NCBI GenBank assembly: GCA_040755455.1
Contig: JBFMAY010000009.1
Span: forward strand, 56,959 to 97,053
Reading direction: 5' to 3'
Source: Thermodesulfobacteriota bacterium
GTDB lineage: Bacteria > Desulfobacterota > Desulfobulbia > Desulfobulbales > SURF-16
DNA: 40,095 bases
The notes below the pieces were generated by a model. The model did no database searches. It had not been told where the DNA came from and saw only the letters and a list, made by a program, of their open reading frames with translations. Numbering within the stretch: position 1 is the stretch's first letter; the number at the start of each line of letters is the position of its first letter. Shown here piece after piece: positions 1 through 9,295 of the stretch. The position numbers were made by a program, and so were the translations under genes.

Positions 1-1
1 T

Positions 2-814
2 AAAAAATATGGGCAGGATAAAATCGTTTTAGTGCCTGATGGTTTAGGGAATCGCGGACCAAAAGAGAGTTTTGGGCAATTAATGGAATACTCTCAGGCG
101 CCGTATGTCATGTTTTGCGACCAGGATGATGTATGGTTGCAAGACAAGATCGAACTTTCTTTTCAGGAAATACTCGCCCAGGAGAACAGGTCAGGTAAAA
201 ATAAGCCGATGCTTGTTTCGACCAATTGTTCACTTGTCGATCAGGATCTTAATCTCATTGCGGTTGATGCGTGGAAACATTTGGGGTTTGATCCGGAAAT
301 CGCTGGTCGTTTTCATAATTTAGCGTTGAGGAATTTTATCGTAGGGCATACGATCATGATGAATCGTGCACTTTTGACGCTGGTTAACCCCCTGCCACAA
401 CAGGCGGTCATGCATGATTGGTGGGTAGGGTTGGCGGCCGCTGCATTTGGTGAGATCGGGTATGTCATGAAGCCGACTGTGCTATACAGGCAGCATTCGC
501 AAAATTTTTTCGGTTTAAAGAGGATTCCGGCATGGAAGGCGATCTTTCATCTTCCTCTTCACTATAAAAACTACGTCCAACATCAGATGGAAGCTTTGTT
601 GCAGATTAATGCTTTTTATGAAAGGTTTGATATCCTGTTGCAAAAGGAAGTGGGGAATCCTGTCGCATTAAAAGATCTTAAAGATGTTTCCTTGCTTGTT
701 TCTTTGGATCAAATGCGGCTGGGTGAAAGGATCTGTTTTTTATGGCAATTCTACAAGACTTTCCCTTATCGGGAAAAGGCATATGTAGATTTTTTTTGGT
801 ATTTGATCCATTGA
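2..814 (+). CDS. Glycosyltransferase family 2 (rhamnosyltransferase-like), 5'-truncated by the window edge
   Basis: The frame is open from base 2. Motifs MFCDQDDVW (DxD), MHDWW and LYRQH are typical of this GT2 subfamily. Confidence 0.85.
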   Translation, partial: KKYGQDKIVLVPDGLGNRGPKESFGQLMEYSQAPYVMFCDQDDVWLQDKIELSFQEILAQENRSGKNKPMLVSTNCSLVDQDLNLIAVDAWKHLGFDPEIAGRFHNLALRNFIVGHTIMMNRALLTLVNPLPQQAVMHDWWVGLAAAAFGEIGYVMKPTVLYRQHSQNFFGLKRIPAWKAIFHLPLHYKNYVQHQMEALLQINAFYERFDILLQKEVGNPVALKDLKDVSLLVSLDQMRLGERICFLWQFYKTFPYREKAYVDFFWYLIH

Positions 815-844
815 TTGATCCCTTGCTGATAATGTCTTAAAGAA

Positions 845-1909
845 ATGAAAATAACGGTCATTCGGCATTCGATCCGTAACCGGGGCGGGGACAGGCTTGT
901 CCTGGATTATCTTTCTTTCCTTGTTGCGCGAGGGCATGAGGTTGTTTACTGGACGAATGAGGTTGCCACGTCTTTTTCTATTGATCCTCGTATAGAAATA
1001 AAACATATACCTTGGCCGGGGGCGACAGGGACTATCTGTTTTGCCGCTGTAACGAAATTTTCTTCTGACATCGTTTTGGTCGACCTGGCTGTCATGGCCC
1101 TGTTTGCATACCTGCTTAACGGTAAAAAAGTTGTTTATCTTGCCCAGGATGATGACAGGGCATATTATTCTTCCCCTGTTATGAAAGTTTTAATGGGGTT
1201 CGTCTTCAGGTTGGTTTTTTCATTGTTCAAGGTGCATGTTATCAGCGTTTCGGAATATTTAACAGCGGAACTGGGCAAATATTCGTGTGAAAAGATCGAA
1301 ACGGTCTGTAACGGGATCGACCTCGGGGTGTTCTATCGCGAGACAACCCCCCATGCTCAAATTGAAAAAACAACTCCCATGGCTGTTGTTTTATACGCAC
1401 GCTCCGACTTTCGTAAGGGTCTTGATATTGGGATAAAGGCTGTAGAGGGATTGGCCCGTCGTCGAGGCACAAGAGATTGGGAATTATGGATCATCGGCAA
1501 CGACAAGGCGGTAATCAACGCAGACGGGTTGAAAGTGAAACACTGGGGATTTTTAAAGGATGACCAGCTGCGGTCGGTCTTTAGTGCTGCGGATGTTTAT
1601 CTTATGCCATCCCGCCATGAGGGGTTGAGCCTTTTGTTGTTGTCTGCCTTGGCATGTGGTTGTGTTGTGGTCGCCACCAAGGCGAGCAACATTCTCACTC
1701 ATAATGTTGATGGGCTGGTTTCGTCGGTAGAAGATGATAACTTGCTGACCGAAAATCTTGCTTCTGTTATGGAAGACAAGCTGTTGTGTCAGAAATTGCG
1801 TCAAAATGGTTATGCTTTGGCCGCTCATTACAGCTTGAAGAAAAGCTGTAATTTATTTGAGCGGGCGCTGAGAACATGGTCAGGTAGAGCAGCCTGTCGG
1901 TTTATATAA
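845..1909 (+). CDS. Glycosyltransferase family 4 (GT-B fold)
   Basis: N-terminal RGGDR...LVARGHEV, then NGID, RKG and DVYLMPSRHEG...ALACG...VVAT motifs. Confidence 0.85.
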   Translation: MKITVIRHSIRNRGGDRLVLDYLSFLVARGHEVVYWTNEVATSFSIDPRIEIKHIPWPGATGTICFAAVTKFSSDIVLVDLAVMALFAYLLNGKKVVYLAQDDDRAYYSSPVMKVLMGFVFRLVFSLFKVHVISVSEYLTAELGKYSCEKIETVCNGIDLGVFYRETTPHAQIEKTTPMAVVLYARSDFRKGLDIGIKAVEGLARRRGTRDWELWIIGNDKAVINADGLKVKHWGFLKDDQLRSVFSAADVYLMPSRHEGLSLLLLSALACGCVVVATKASNILTHNVDGLVSSVEDDNLLTENLASVMEDKLLCQKLRQNGYALAAHYSLKKSCNLFERALRTWSGRAACRFI

Positions 1910-2045
1910 AAAGGTTGTCGAATAGCAAAAAACTGATAACAGAGTAATGTGACCTTTTTGACGCAATTAAATCGGTTGCGGCAGAAGTCGGCCCGTGCTA
2001 ACAGCCAGGCCGGCAATGCTTTGATTTTCCTCGGAGGATTTTAAT

Positions 2046-3152
2046 CTGTCCCGAAAAATAAGAGCATTAAAATGGCTTGACCGCTGGCTAGGCCAGCTGG
2101 CTGCGGTGCTTCTGTCTGCTCCGGTTGGAGGCCCAATCAGCAAGCCGACATCCATTCTTGTCATTCGCCCCGGAGGCATCGGTGATGCCGTTCTGCTTAT
2201 TCCGGCCCTGCATCTCCTCAGATTAAAATTCCCCCAATCGCGCATCGATATTCTTGCAGAAAAACGAAATGGCGCCATCTTTCGTCTCTGTTCAGGGATA
2301 AATGAGATCTTTCTTTATGATCATTTCGGCGATCTCTGGCGGGTTTTACGGGGAGGTTGCGATGTTGTGATTGACAGCGAGCAGTGGCACCGCCTTTCGG
2401 CAGTTGTAAGCCGTCTTACTGGTGCAGGCATGTCGGTGGGGTTTGCCACCAGCGACAGAAAACGCCTCTTTACCCATCCGCAGCCATACTCCCATGATGA
2501 TTACGAACTGGATAGCTTTTTATCTCTTTTATCTCCTTTTGACATTGACCATAAAAAGTGGTCCGGTCCTTTTCTGGAGCTTCCGCCAGACGTAAAGGCA
2601 AGGGCGAAAGAGTTGCTCGGAGATTATGATGGACAACGGTTTGTTGTTCTTTTTCCCGGCGCGAGTATTGCTGAACGCCGCTGGGGTGCTGAAAAGTTCG
2701 GAGAGCTCGCAAGACGTTTAAATAACCAAGGCATGCCGGTGGTGGTGATCGGCGGCCAGGAGGACCGTGCTGAAGCAGAAAAGATCGCGGCTCGTGCCAC
2801 TGTTCTCAATTTAGCAGGACGGACATCCCTCGTGGAATCAGCTGCCGTCATTGACCGGGCAACAGTGCTTGTCAGCGGCGATTCCGGTATTTTGCATATC
2901 GGGGTGGGGCTTGATAAACCAACGGTTTCCCTTTTTGGTCCAGGGATAGCTGAAAAGTGGGCGCCCAGGGGGGAGAAACATGTTGTTGTTGACCGGAAGT
3001 TACCCTGTTCACCCTGTACGAGATTCGGCTATACCCCACGTTGTCCCCGCAATATGCAGTGTATTCAGGAAATCGACGTTGCAGACGTGGAAAGAGGAGT
3101 AAAGGGAATTCTGGAAAAGGGGACGCTGGGGAGACAAACAAGCGTTGTATGA
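2046..3152 (+). CDS. Glycosyltransferase family 9 (ADP-heptose:LPS heptosyltransferase-like); start is CTG 2046 or GTG 2106
   Basis: Motifs IRPGGIGDAVL, FPGAS..ERRW, NLAGRTSL, SGDSGILH, SLFGP and a C-terminal CSPC...C...C. GGAGG at 2033-2037 precedes an in-frame CTG. Confidence 0.85.
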   Translation: MSRKIRALKWLDRWLGQLAAVLLSAPVGGPISKPTSILVIRPGGIGDAVLLIPALHLLRLKFPQSRIDILAEKRNGAIFRLCSGINEIFLYDHFGDLWRVLRGGCDVVIDSEQWHRLSAVVSRLTGAGMSVGFATSDRKRLFTHPQPYSHDDYELDSFLSLLSPFDIDHKKWSGPFLELPPDVKARAKELLGDYDGQRFVVLFPGASIAERRWGAEKFGELARRLNNQGMPVVVIGGQEDRAEAEKIAARATVLNLAGRTSLVESAAVIDRATVLVSGDSGILHIGVGLDKPTVSLFGPGIAEKWAPRGEKHVVVDRKLPCSPCTRFGYTPRCPRNMQCIQEIDVADVERGVKGILEKGTLGRQTSVV

Positions 3153-3163
3153 TCAGTAAGAAT

Positions 3164-3237
3164 TGGCTGGGAGACAGGGATTCGAACCCCGATAAGCAGA
3201 GTCAGAGTCTGCTGTCCTGCCGTTAGACGATCTCCCA
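3164..3237 (-). tRNA. tRNA-Gln (anticodon CUG)
   Basis: Reverse complement TGGGAGATCGTCTAACGGCAGGACAGCAGACTCTGACTCTGCTTATCGGGGTTCGAATCCCTGTCTCCCAGCCA forms a cloverleaf with a TTCGAAT T-loop and encoded CCA. Confidence 0.96.
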
Positions 3238-3295
3238 GTAAGGTTAAAGAATGACTATTTAGAAAATATGGCTGCAAAAGTCAAGTGAAAATCGA

Positions 3296-4096
3296 TCAGT
3301 CGACAACTAAGCCTGCATAGCCGACAACATGATCCGTGTCGCCGCTTGTTTCTCCCGAATCGGTGTAGCGTATCAGCTGCGCATGGGTGGCGCCTAGTTT
3401 GAGAGCGGCAATCAGCACAATCGTGGTCGGCATGATGCCGCACATGGATATTCTCTGTCCAAGGACAGTGTTGTATAGGCCCTGAGGGTCGAGCTTTTTG
3501 ACATGCTCCAGCGCCTGATGGTCTTTTTGACTGGCCGACACGCGAGGCTCATAGTGGGTCATGTCCGTGCTGGCAACGAGCAGTACCGGCTTTTGGTATT
3601 GCTTGATAGCTCCGGCAATGGCTGTCCCTGCTGCCAGACAATGGGAATAAGGAACATGGGAGATCACCAAAGGGACGATGGATAGATTTTTCTGCAGCAT
3701 CTGTAGGAAAGGAACCTGCACTTCAAGGGAGTGTTCAAAACGATGGGCCAGTTCATCTCGTGTAATGACAGGATCGTCAATCAATTGCGCCAGCTCGCTG
3801 TTGATCGGCACCATGCCCAGGGGCATTTCCCATTCACCTTCGGCCATCAGGGCTATCGGCGCGCCATGGCCGTGATGGTTGGGCCCTAAGATGATAACAT
3901 CTTCAGGGATGTTGACTGCCGCAAAGGTTTCGCCGGCAACCCCGCCGGAATAGATATAGCCGGCATGGGGTGAAATCACCGCCAGAGCGTTTTTCTTAGT
4001 GATTGCGCCTTCCGGAATGAGGTCGGCAAGGGTGTTTCTCAGGATGCGCGGATCGCCCGGATAAAATTGGTTGGCAACTACTGGAGATCGTTTCAT
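3296..4096 (-). CDS. amrB: AmmeMemoRadiSam system protein B (MEMO1 family)
   Basis: Motifs R.PVVA.QFYP, SPHAGYIYSG, GPNH, EHSLEVQVPF, STDMTHY, SMCG and VVGYAG. Confidence 0.92.
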   Translation of the reverse strand: MKRSPVVANQFYPGDPRILRNTLADLIPEGAITKKNALAVISPHAGYIYSGGVAGETFAAVNIPEDVIILGPNHHGHGAPIALMAEGEWEMPLGMVPINSELAQLIDDPVITRDELAHRFEHSLEVQVPFLQMLQKNLSIVPLVISHVPYSHCLAAGTAIAGAIKQYQKPVLLVASTDMTHYEPRVSASQKDHQALEHVKKLDPQGLYNTVLGQRISMCGIMPTTIVLIAALKLGATHAQLIRYTDSGETSGDTDHVVGYAGLVVD

Positions 4097-4123
4097 GGTG
4101 ATCCCTCTCAGTTTTTGGGGTAT

Positions 4124-5593
4124 TTAAATTTTTACCTGCCAGCTGGTGCTTCCGTCTGCCTCGTCCTTGATTTCAATTTTATGCTTAAGCAGTGTATCAC
4201 GGATTTCATCCGCCCGGGACCAGTTTTTCTGCTCGCGGGCAGATGTCCGATCACTGATAAGCGATTCGATGGCCGCTTGGTCAATATCAAGCCGGCTCAA
4301 CGTCTTCTGCTGTTTGGCTTGAATATAGGCAACCGGGTCCTGCTGCAGGAGGCCCATGATTCCGGCAAGTTCTTGTGTTAACTTGGCCGCGGCATGCAAA
4401 AGCGCCAGGTCCGATTCCGCAGGAGTTACGGGCAGAGACTGCCTGATCGTATTCAGGACTTTGACCACCTCAAAAATATGGCCCAGGGCTTGGGCGCTGT
4501 TAAAATCATTATCCATGGCTTTAACATAGCGGTCAACCAGAGAATTGATCTTGCTCGCATTTTTTTTGCCTGCCACAGGTGCCCGGTTCGGATCTCCATG
4601 CGCCGGTAGTTTGGCGATTTCCGCCAGACAGGTGTACAATCTGTCCAGGCCGGTTTCCGCATCTTTCATCGCGGTTTCGGAAAAGTCCAGAGGGGTGCGG
4701 TAATGGGTGGAAAAAACGAAAAAACGCAAGACTTCGGCCGGATATTTTTCCAGAATTTCCCTGATGGTCAGAAAGTTCCCCAGGGATTTTGACATTTTTT
4801 CATCTTTGATCGTCACAAATCCATGATGGATCCAGGTAGCGACAAAGGGTTTGCCCGAGGCTGCCTCGCTCTGGGCGATTTCATTTTCATGGTGCGGGAA
4901 AATCAGATCTTTTCCTCCTCCATGGATATCAAAGCTATCCCCTAAGAACTTGCGACTCATGGCAGAGCATTCAATGTGCCATCCCGGTCGCCCGGCGCCC
5001 CATGGGCTGTCCCAGACAGGTTCACCTGGTTTGCTGCTTTTCCACAGGGCGAAATCCATGGGATTCTGCTTCTGTTCGTTGATGGAAATTCTGGCCCCTG
5101 CCATCATGTCTTCAAGGTTTCTGCCGGACAGAGAACCATAATTGGCAAAGCGGTCCACCTTGAAATAGACATCACCTTGCACTTCGTAGGCAAAACCATT
5201 GTCAATAAGCTCCTGAATCATGGAAATGATTTCCGGGATATGTTCCGTGGCCTTTGGTTCAAGGGTGGGATGTTCATTGCCGAGGCTTTTCATGTCTTCA
5301 TGAAATGCCGTGATAAAACGGTTGGCAAGTTCTTCTGTTGTGGTATGTTGCTCCTGTGCTCGTTTGATGATTTTGTCATCAATGTCTGTAAAATTGCGCA
5401 CATAGGTGACTTTAAATCCCCTATAGCGCAGGTAGCGGACAATCATATCAAAGACCAGGGTGGACCTGGCGTGGCCGATATGGCAATAATCGTAAGCGGT
5501 AATACCGCAGACATAGAGTTTGATATGGCCTTTTTCCAATGGTGAAAAAGGTTCTTTTTTGCCGCTTTTGGTGTTATAAATCGAAACGGTCAT
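4124..5593 (-). CDS. cysS: Cysteinyl-tRNA synthetase
   Basis: YVCGITAYDYCHIGH, GRPGWHIECSAM, DLIFPHHENE and KMSKS. Start placed at ATG 5593 (MTVSIYNT), which has a GGAG SD. Confidence 0.97.
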   Translation of the reverse strand: MTVSIYNTKSGKKEPFSPLEKGHIKLYVCGITAYDYCHIGHARSTLVFDMIVRYLRYRGFKVTYVRNFTDIDDKIIKRAQEQHTTTEELANRFITAFHEDMKSLGNEHPTLEPKATEHIPEIISMIQELIDNGFAYEVQGDVYFKVDRFANYGSLSGRNLEDMMAGARISINEQKQNPMDFALWKSSKPGEPVWDSPWGAGRPGWHIECSAMSRKFLGDSFDIHGGGKDLIFPHHENEIAQSEAASGKPFVATWIHHGFVTIKDEKMSKSLGNFLTIREILEKYPAEVLRFFVFSTHYRTPLDFSETAMKDAETGLDRLYTCLAEIAKLPAHGDPNRAPVAGKKNASKINSLVDRYVKAMDNDFNSAQALGHIFEVVKVLNTIRQSLPVTPAESDLALLHAAAKLTQELAGIMGLLQQDPVAYIQAKQQKTLSRLDIDQAAIESLISDRTSAREQKNWSRADEIRDTLLKHKIEIKDEADGSTSWQVKI

Positions 5594-5698
5594 GTTGACT
5601 CCGCAAAAGGCTGCTCGTGTGCATATGTTTAAAACGGTGTAGCTTGAAAAACACTTTATACCCTTTTCCCGTAACCTAATCAACCATCCTTATGCATT

Positions 5699-6172
5699 AT
5701 GAATAAAAACAACGAATCAGGTACAATTTTAGAATCAATTATGCTGGCAAACGGCATACAGATGACGTGTTATGACTTATCGAGGAAGATCGCGGCTGAT
5801 CGATGGCTGGTCAAGGTCAAATGTGAGGCAGTTCTGCAAGTACCGGATGAACTGTTTGACGCAATTGATGATGCCGACATGGTATCTGCCATGAAGCAGG
5901 ATTGTGCGAATACGGTGATACATACTCGCTATCGGGAACGCAATTTCATTGATGAAAAAGACAAAGACGGGGTCAGGCAGGAACTCTTCAACCAGTTATC
6001 GGAAAACGCCCAAACCTACATGGGTGGAGAATTATTTTCCCGCAAGCTTTTTGAAAAAAAAGTTGCTGAATTCAAGCTGCAATATCAGATTCAGAAAGAA
6101 AGAGAACGTCTGGCGGTGACTGATGAGGAAGATGAGGGGCCCGCCGATTTTTCCGCCTGCTTCAGGGATTAA
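5699..6172 (+). CDS. Hypothetical protein (157 aa)
   Basis: ATG-started ORF filling the cysS-serA gap, with protein-like composition and an acidic C-terminus ending PADFSACF. Family not recognised. Confidence 0.75.
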   Translation: MNKNNESGTILESIMLANGIQMTCYDLSRKIAADRWLVKVKCEAVLQVPDELFDAIDDADMVSAMKQDCANTVIHTRYRERNFIDEKDKDGVRQELFNQLSENAQTYMGGELFSRKLFEKKVAEFKLQYQIQKERERLAVTDEEDEGPADFSACFRD

Positions 6173-6189
6173 ATTTGCACTGTTTGCCC

Positions 6190-6218
6190 TTGACAAACAA
6201 TGGTATTCGCAGCATATT
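6190..6218 (+). promoter_or_regulatory. Sigma70-type promoter of the serA operon
   Basis: TTGACA-N17-CATATT about 90 nt upstream of the serA ATG. Confidence 0.6.
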
Positions 6219-6307
6219 GCTTTGTTTCATTTACTTATCTTTCTTGCGATCATCTTCAAAAAAATTATTAATAATTTGTTTGATATTTAAGATAAAAAGG
6301 AGCGGTC

Positions 6308-7903
6308 ATGAAGGTACTTGTCAGTGACAACCTGGCCCCTGTGGGAGCCCAGATTTTAAGAGAAGCTGGGCTTGAGGTCGATATCAAAACGGGAATGAGC
6401 CCTGAAGAGCTGAAAAAGGAAATTGCCCAGTACGACGGGTTGGTCATTCGAAGTGCCACGAAGGTGACGGCGGAAATTATCGAAGCTGCAGAGAAATTAA
6501 AAGTCGTTGGCCGTGCAGGCATAGGGCTTGATAATGTTGATGTCCCGGCAGCAAGCAAGCGCGGTATCGTTGTCATGAATGCCCCTGATGGTAATGCCAC
6601 GACAGCCGCCGAACATGCTCTGGCCATGATGATGGCCTTGACCCGTAACATTCCCCAGGCCACGGCCAGATTAAAGGCGGGCGGCTGGGACAAGAAAAAA
6701 TTCCAGGGTAGGGAGGTCACGGGCAAGACTCTGGGAATTGTCGGCATCGGCAGGATCGGCGCCATTGTGGCTAACAGGGCTCAGGGGCTCCATATGAAGG
6801 TTATTGCCTACGATCCGCATATGCCCAAGGATCTCGTTGATAAATTGGGGGTTGAGCTGGTCAGTTTTGATGATCTCTGCAAACGTGCTGATTATATTTC
6901 CGTGCATGTGCCATTGACCAAGGAAACCCGCAAGCTGGTGTCAGCCGATGCCTTCCGGATGATGAAAAAGGATGCGATGTTTATCGATTGCGCCCGCGGC
7001 GGGGTTGTTGATGAAGAGGCCCTTTATGAGGCGTTGAAGAACAAAGAGATCGCGGGAGCCGCCCTTGATGTTTTTGAAAAAGAGCCTACTTCCCTTGAAA
7101 CGACTCCCCTTCTGGGGCTTGATAATTTCATCTGCACTCCCCATCTTGGCGCATCCACTGCCGAAGCCCAGGAAAATGTTGCTGTGACCATTGCCGAGCA
7201 GATGGCCGACTATCTTCTCAATAATACCGTGGTCAATGCCGTCAATGTCCCATCCGTTTCAGCCGAAGTCCTTTCAAAGGTGCGGCCCTACGTTAGTCTT
7301 GCGGAAATGCTCGGCTCTTTTCACATGCAGATTGCCAAAGGCAGTGTGGAGGAGGTCAATATCGAGTTCATCGGTGATCTAGCCTCAATGGTGACAAGTC
7401 CTATTACCGTTGCCTTTTTGAAAGGTCTGTTTACCCCTATCCTGAAAGATGCCGTCAATTTCGTCAATGCCCCCATGATAGCTAAAGAGAGGGGGATCAG
7501 GGTGACGGAATCCAAGACCGCCGAGTCGGATGATTTCACCAATCTGCTTTCAATTAAGGTGAAGACATCTGAAGATGAGAATGTCCTTGCCGGAACTGTT
7601 TTTGGCAAAAAAGAGCCACGGCTCGTGCGGTTAAACACCTTCAGGCTTGAGGCGTTACCGGATGGCCCCATGCTTTTTGTTCAGAATCTTGATGTCCCCG
7701 GCGTAATCGGCGCACTAGGCGTCACCCTTGGCAAGGAAGGAGTAAATATTTCACGCATGACAGTGGGCCGAGAGGAGGGTAATGGTGATCATACCCGCAA
7801 TATCATCCTGTTGAACACGGACTCACTGGTCAGTAAAGAGCAGCTTGACAAAGTGAAAAAACTGGAGAATATCACCAGCGCAATGGTTCTTGATTTGTCT
7901 TAA
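6308..7903 (+). CDS. serA: D-3-phosphoglycerate dehydrogenase (with ASB and ACT domains)
   Basis: GRAGIGLDNVD, GIVGIGRIG, LDVFEKEP and TPHLGASTAEAQ, plus a C-terminal ACT domain and an AAGGAG SD. Confidence 0.96.
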   Translation: MKVLVSDNLAPVGAQILREAGLEVDIKTGMSPEELKKEIAQYDGLVIRSATKVTAEIIEAAEKLKVVGRAGIGLDNVDVPAASKRGIVVMNAPDGNATTAAEHALAMMMALTRNIPQATARLKAGGWDKKKFQGREVTGKTLGIVGIGRIGAIVANRAQGLHMKVIAYDPHMPKDLVDKLGVELVSFDDLCKRADYISVHVPLTKETRKLVSADAFRMMKKDAMFIDCARGGVVDEEALYEALKNKEIAGAALDVFEKEPTSLETTPLLGLDNFICTPHLGASTAEAQENVAVTIAEQMADYLLNNTVVNAVNVPSVSAEVLSKVRPYVSLAEMLGSFHMQIAKGSVEEVNIEFIGDLASMVTSPITVAFLKGLFTPILKDAVNFVNAPMIAKERGIRVTESKTAESDDFTNLLSIKVKTSEDENVLAGTVFGKKEPRLVRLNTFRLEALPDGPMLFVQNLDVPGVIGALGVTLGKEGVNISRMTVGREEGNGDHTRNIILLNTDSLVSKEQLDKVKKLENITSAMVLDLS

Positions 7904-7926
7904 TAACTGGCAGGCAAAGAAACAAT

Positions 7927-8235
7927 ATGAGCGAGGCGGAGAAAAAATGTAGGTGTGCCGGGGGGAAGATAGTTGACGGCAAGTGTGTGATGCCGGAGGT
8001 GACATTCTCGGCATTTATTATGTCGCTGAATACCTCTGCCCTTTTTCTTCTTGGCGAGATCGCTGATCCTGAAACCGGTGCACGCAAACAGGACCTTGTT
8101 TTGGCAAAGCACACTATTGATACCCTCAATGTTTTGAAAGAGAAAACAAAGGGTAATTTGACGCAAGAAGAAGAGAATATGCTTGGCAAATTCCTCTATG
8201 ACCTGCAAATGCGGTATGTAAAGGCAAAATCATAA
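7927..8235 (+). CDS. DUF1844 domain protein
   Basis: F..FIMSL...AL..LGEI.DP, A+HTIDTL.VL.EKTKGNL..EE and LQMRYV pattern. Confidence 0.85.
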   Translation: MSEAEKKCRCAGGKIVDGKCVMPEVTFSAFIMSLNTSALFLLGEIADPETGARKQDLVLAKHTIDTLNVLKEKTKGNLTQEEENMLGKFLYDLQMRYVKAKS

Positions 8236-9114
8236 ATGGGTTCAGGCCGTAAGCTTCACCTGCAGGCACCGGCAAAAATCAATCTGTATCTGAAGGTGTT
8301 GGGGCGACGTCATGATGGCTACCATGAGCTCGCCACCTGGATGCAGAAACTTAAACTCGCTGATGAGGTCACCCTGACATCTGTCAGTTCAGGAATAAAA
8401 CTTCATTGCTCTGCAACTGATCTTGCTGCGGATGAAAAAAATCTTGCCCATAAGGCTGCGGTTCTTTTTTTTAAAAAAACCGGATTGAAAATCGGCGTCG
8501 AAATCAAATTGGTGAAAAAGATTCCCATTGCGGCAGGGTTAGGTGGCGGCAGCAGTGATGCCGCCACCGTGTTAACCGGCTTAAATACATTATTTTCCGC
8601 GGGGTTGAGCGACAATGAGTTGATGGAGTTGGGGTTGTCCCTTGGGGCTGACGTTCCTTTTTTTGTGTCTAGATGCAGCTCGGCCATTGCCAGCGGCATT
8701 GGAGAAAAGCTGCGGGGAAAAGATCCTTTAAAAGAATGTTGGATCATTTTGGCAAATCCCGGTTTTCCTGTTTCGACCAAATGGGTATTTGAAAATTTCG
8801 ATCGCGTGCAACCTGTTAATTTTGCGTTGACATTAGGGGATAATCCATATATTTTAGGCCGCGAAATCAATGGGTCAATGCCTGAAAAGCTTTTCAATGA
8901 TCTTGAAAGCGTTACAACCGCCCGCTATCCGGAAGTTTCAAAGCTAAAAAATGAATTGACTGAATTAGGTGCGTCTGGAGTGTTGATGTCCGGTAGTGGC
9001 CCTACTGTATACGGCATCTTTACGGATTTCGCCCATGCAACCCGGTGTGCAATAACCTTGCAACATATTTATCCAGGCAGGGTTTTTCTCACGGAACCGC
9101 TCTCATCTTCTTGA
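8236..9114 (+). CDS. ispE: 4-diphosphocytidyl-2-C-methyl-D-erythritol kinase
   Basis: APAKINLYL, DGYHEL, IPIAAGLGGGSSDAA, GADVPFF and MSGSGPT. Confidence 0.96.
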   Translation: MGSGRKLHLQAPAKINLYLKVLGRRHDGYHELATWMQKLKLADEVTLTSVSSGIKLHCSATDLAADEKNLAHKAAVLFFKKTGLKIGVEIKLVKKIPIAAGLGGGSSDAATVLTGLNTLFSAGLSDNELMELGLSLGADVPFFVSRCSSAIASGIGEKLRGKDPLKECWIILANPGFPVSTKWVFENFDRVQPVNFALTLGDNPYILGREINGSMPEKLFNDLESVTTARYPEVSKLKNELTELGASGVLMSGSGPTVYGIFTDFAHATRCAITLQHIYPGRVFLTEPLSSS

Positions 9115-9129
9115 ATAATTTTTTTTAGC

Positions 9130-9204
9130 TGGGGTGTCGTCAAGCGGTAAGACACAGGCCTTTGACGCCTGCATTCGTAGGTTCGAATCCTACCGCCCCA
9201 GCCA
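9130..9204 (+). tRNA. tRNA-Gln (anticodon UUG)
   Basis: TGGGGTGTCGTCAAGCGGTAAGACACAGGCCTTTGACGCCTGCATTCGTAGGTTCGAATCCTACCGCCCCAGCCA, in the classic ispE-tRNA-Gln-prs synteny. Confidence 0.96.
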
Positions 9205-9295
9205 TTTTTTGTAGATCAAAAAATAACTTTAAATGTATTGTTCATCGATCAACTTGCAATATGATTGATGGGTAATCAAGCAAACGGATTTCGCT

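Noticed and set aside
3124..3136. GCTGGGGAGACA resembling the tRNA-Gln 3' end (GCTGGGAGACA), a possible att-site remnant
   Set aside because: It is short and imperfect, lies inside the GT9 coding sequence only about 40 nt from the tRNA, and no integrase is in the window.
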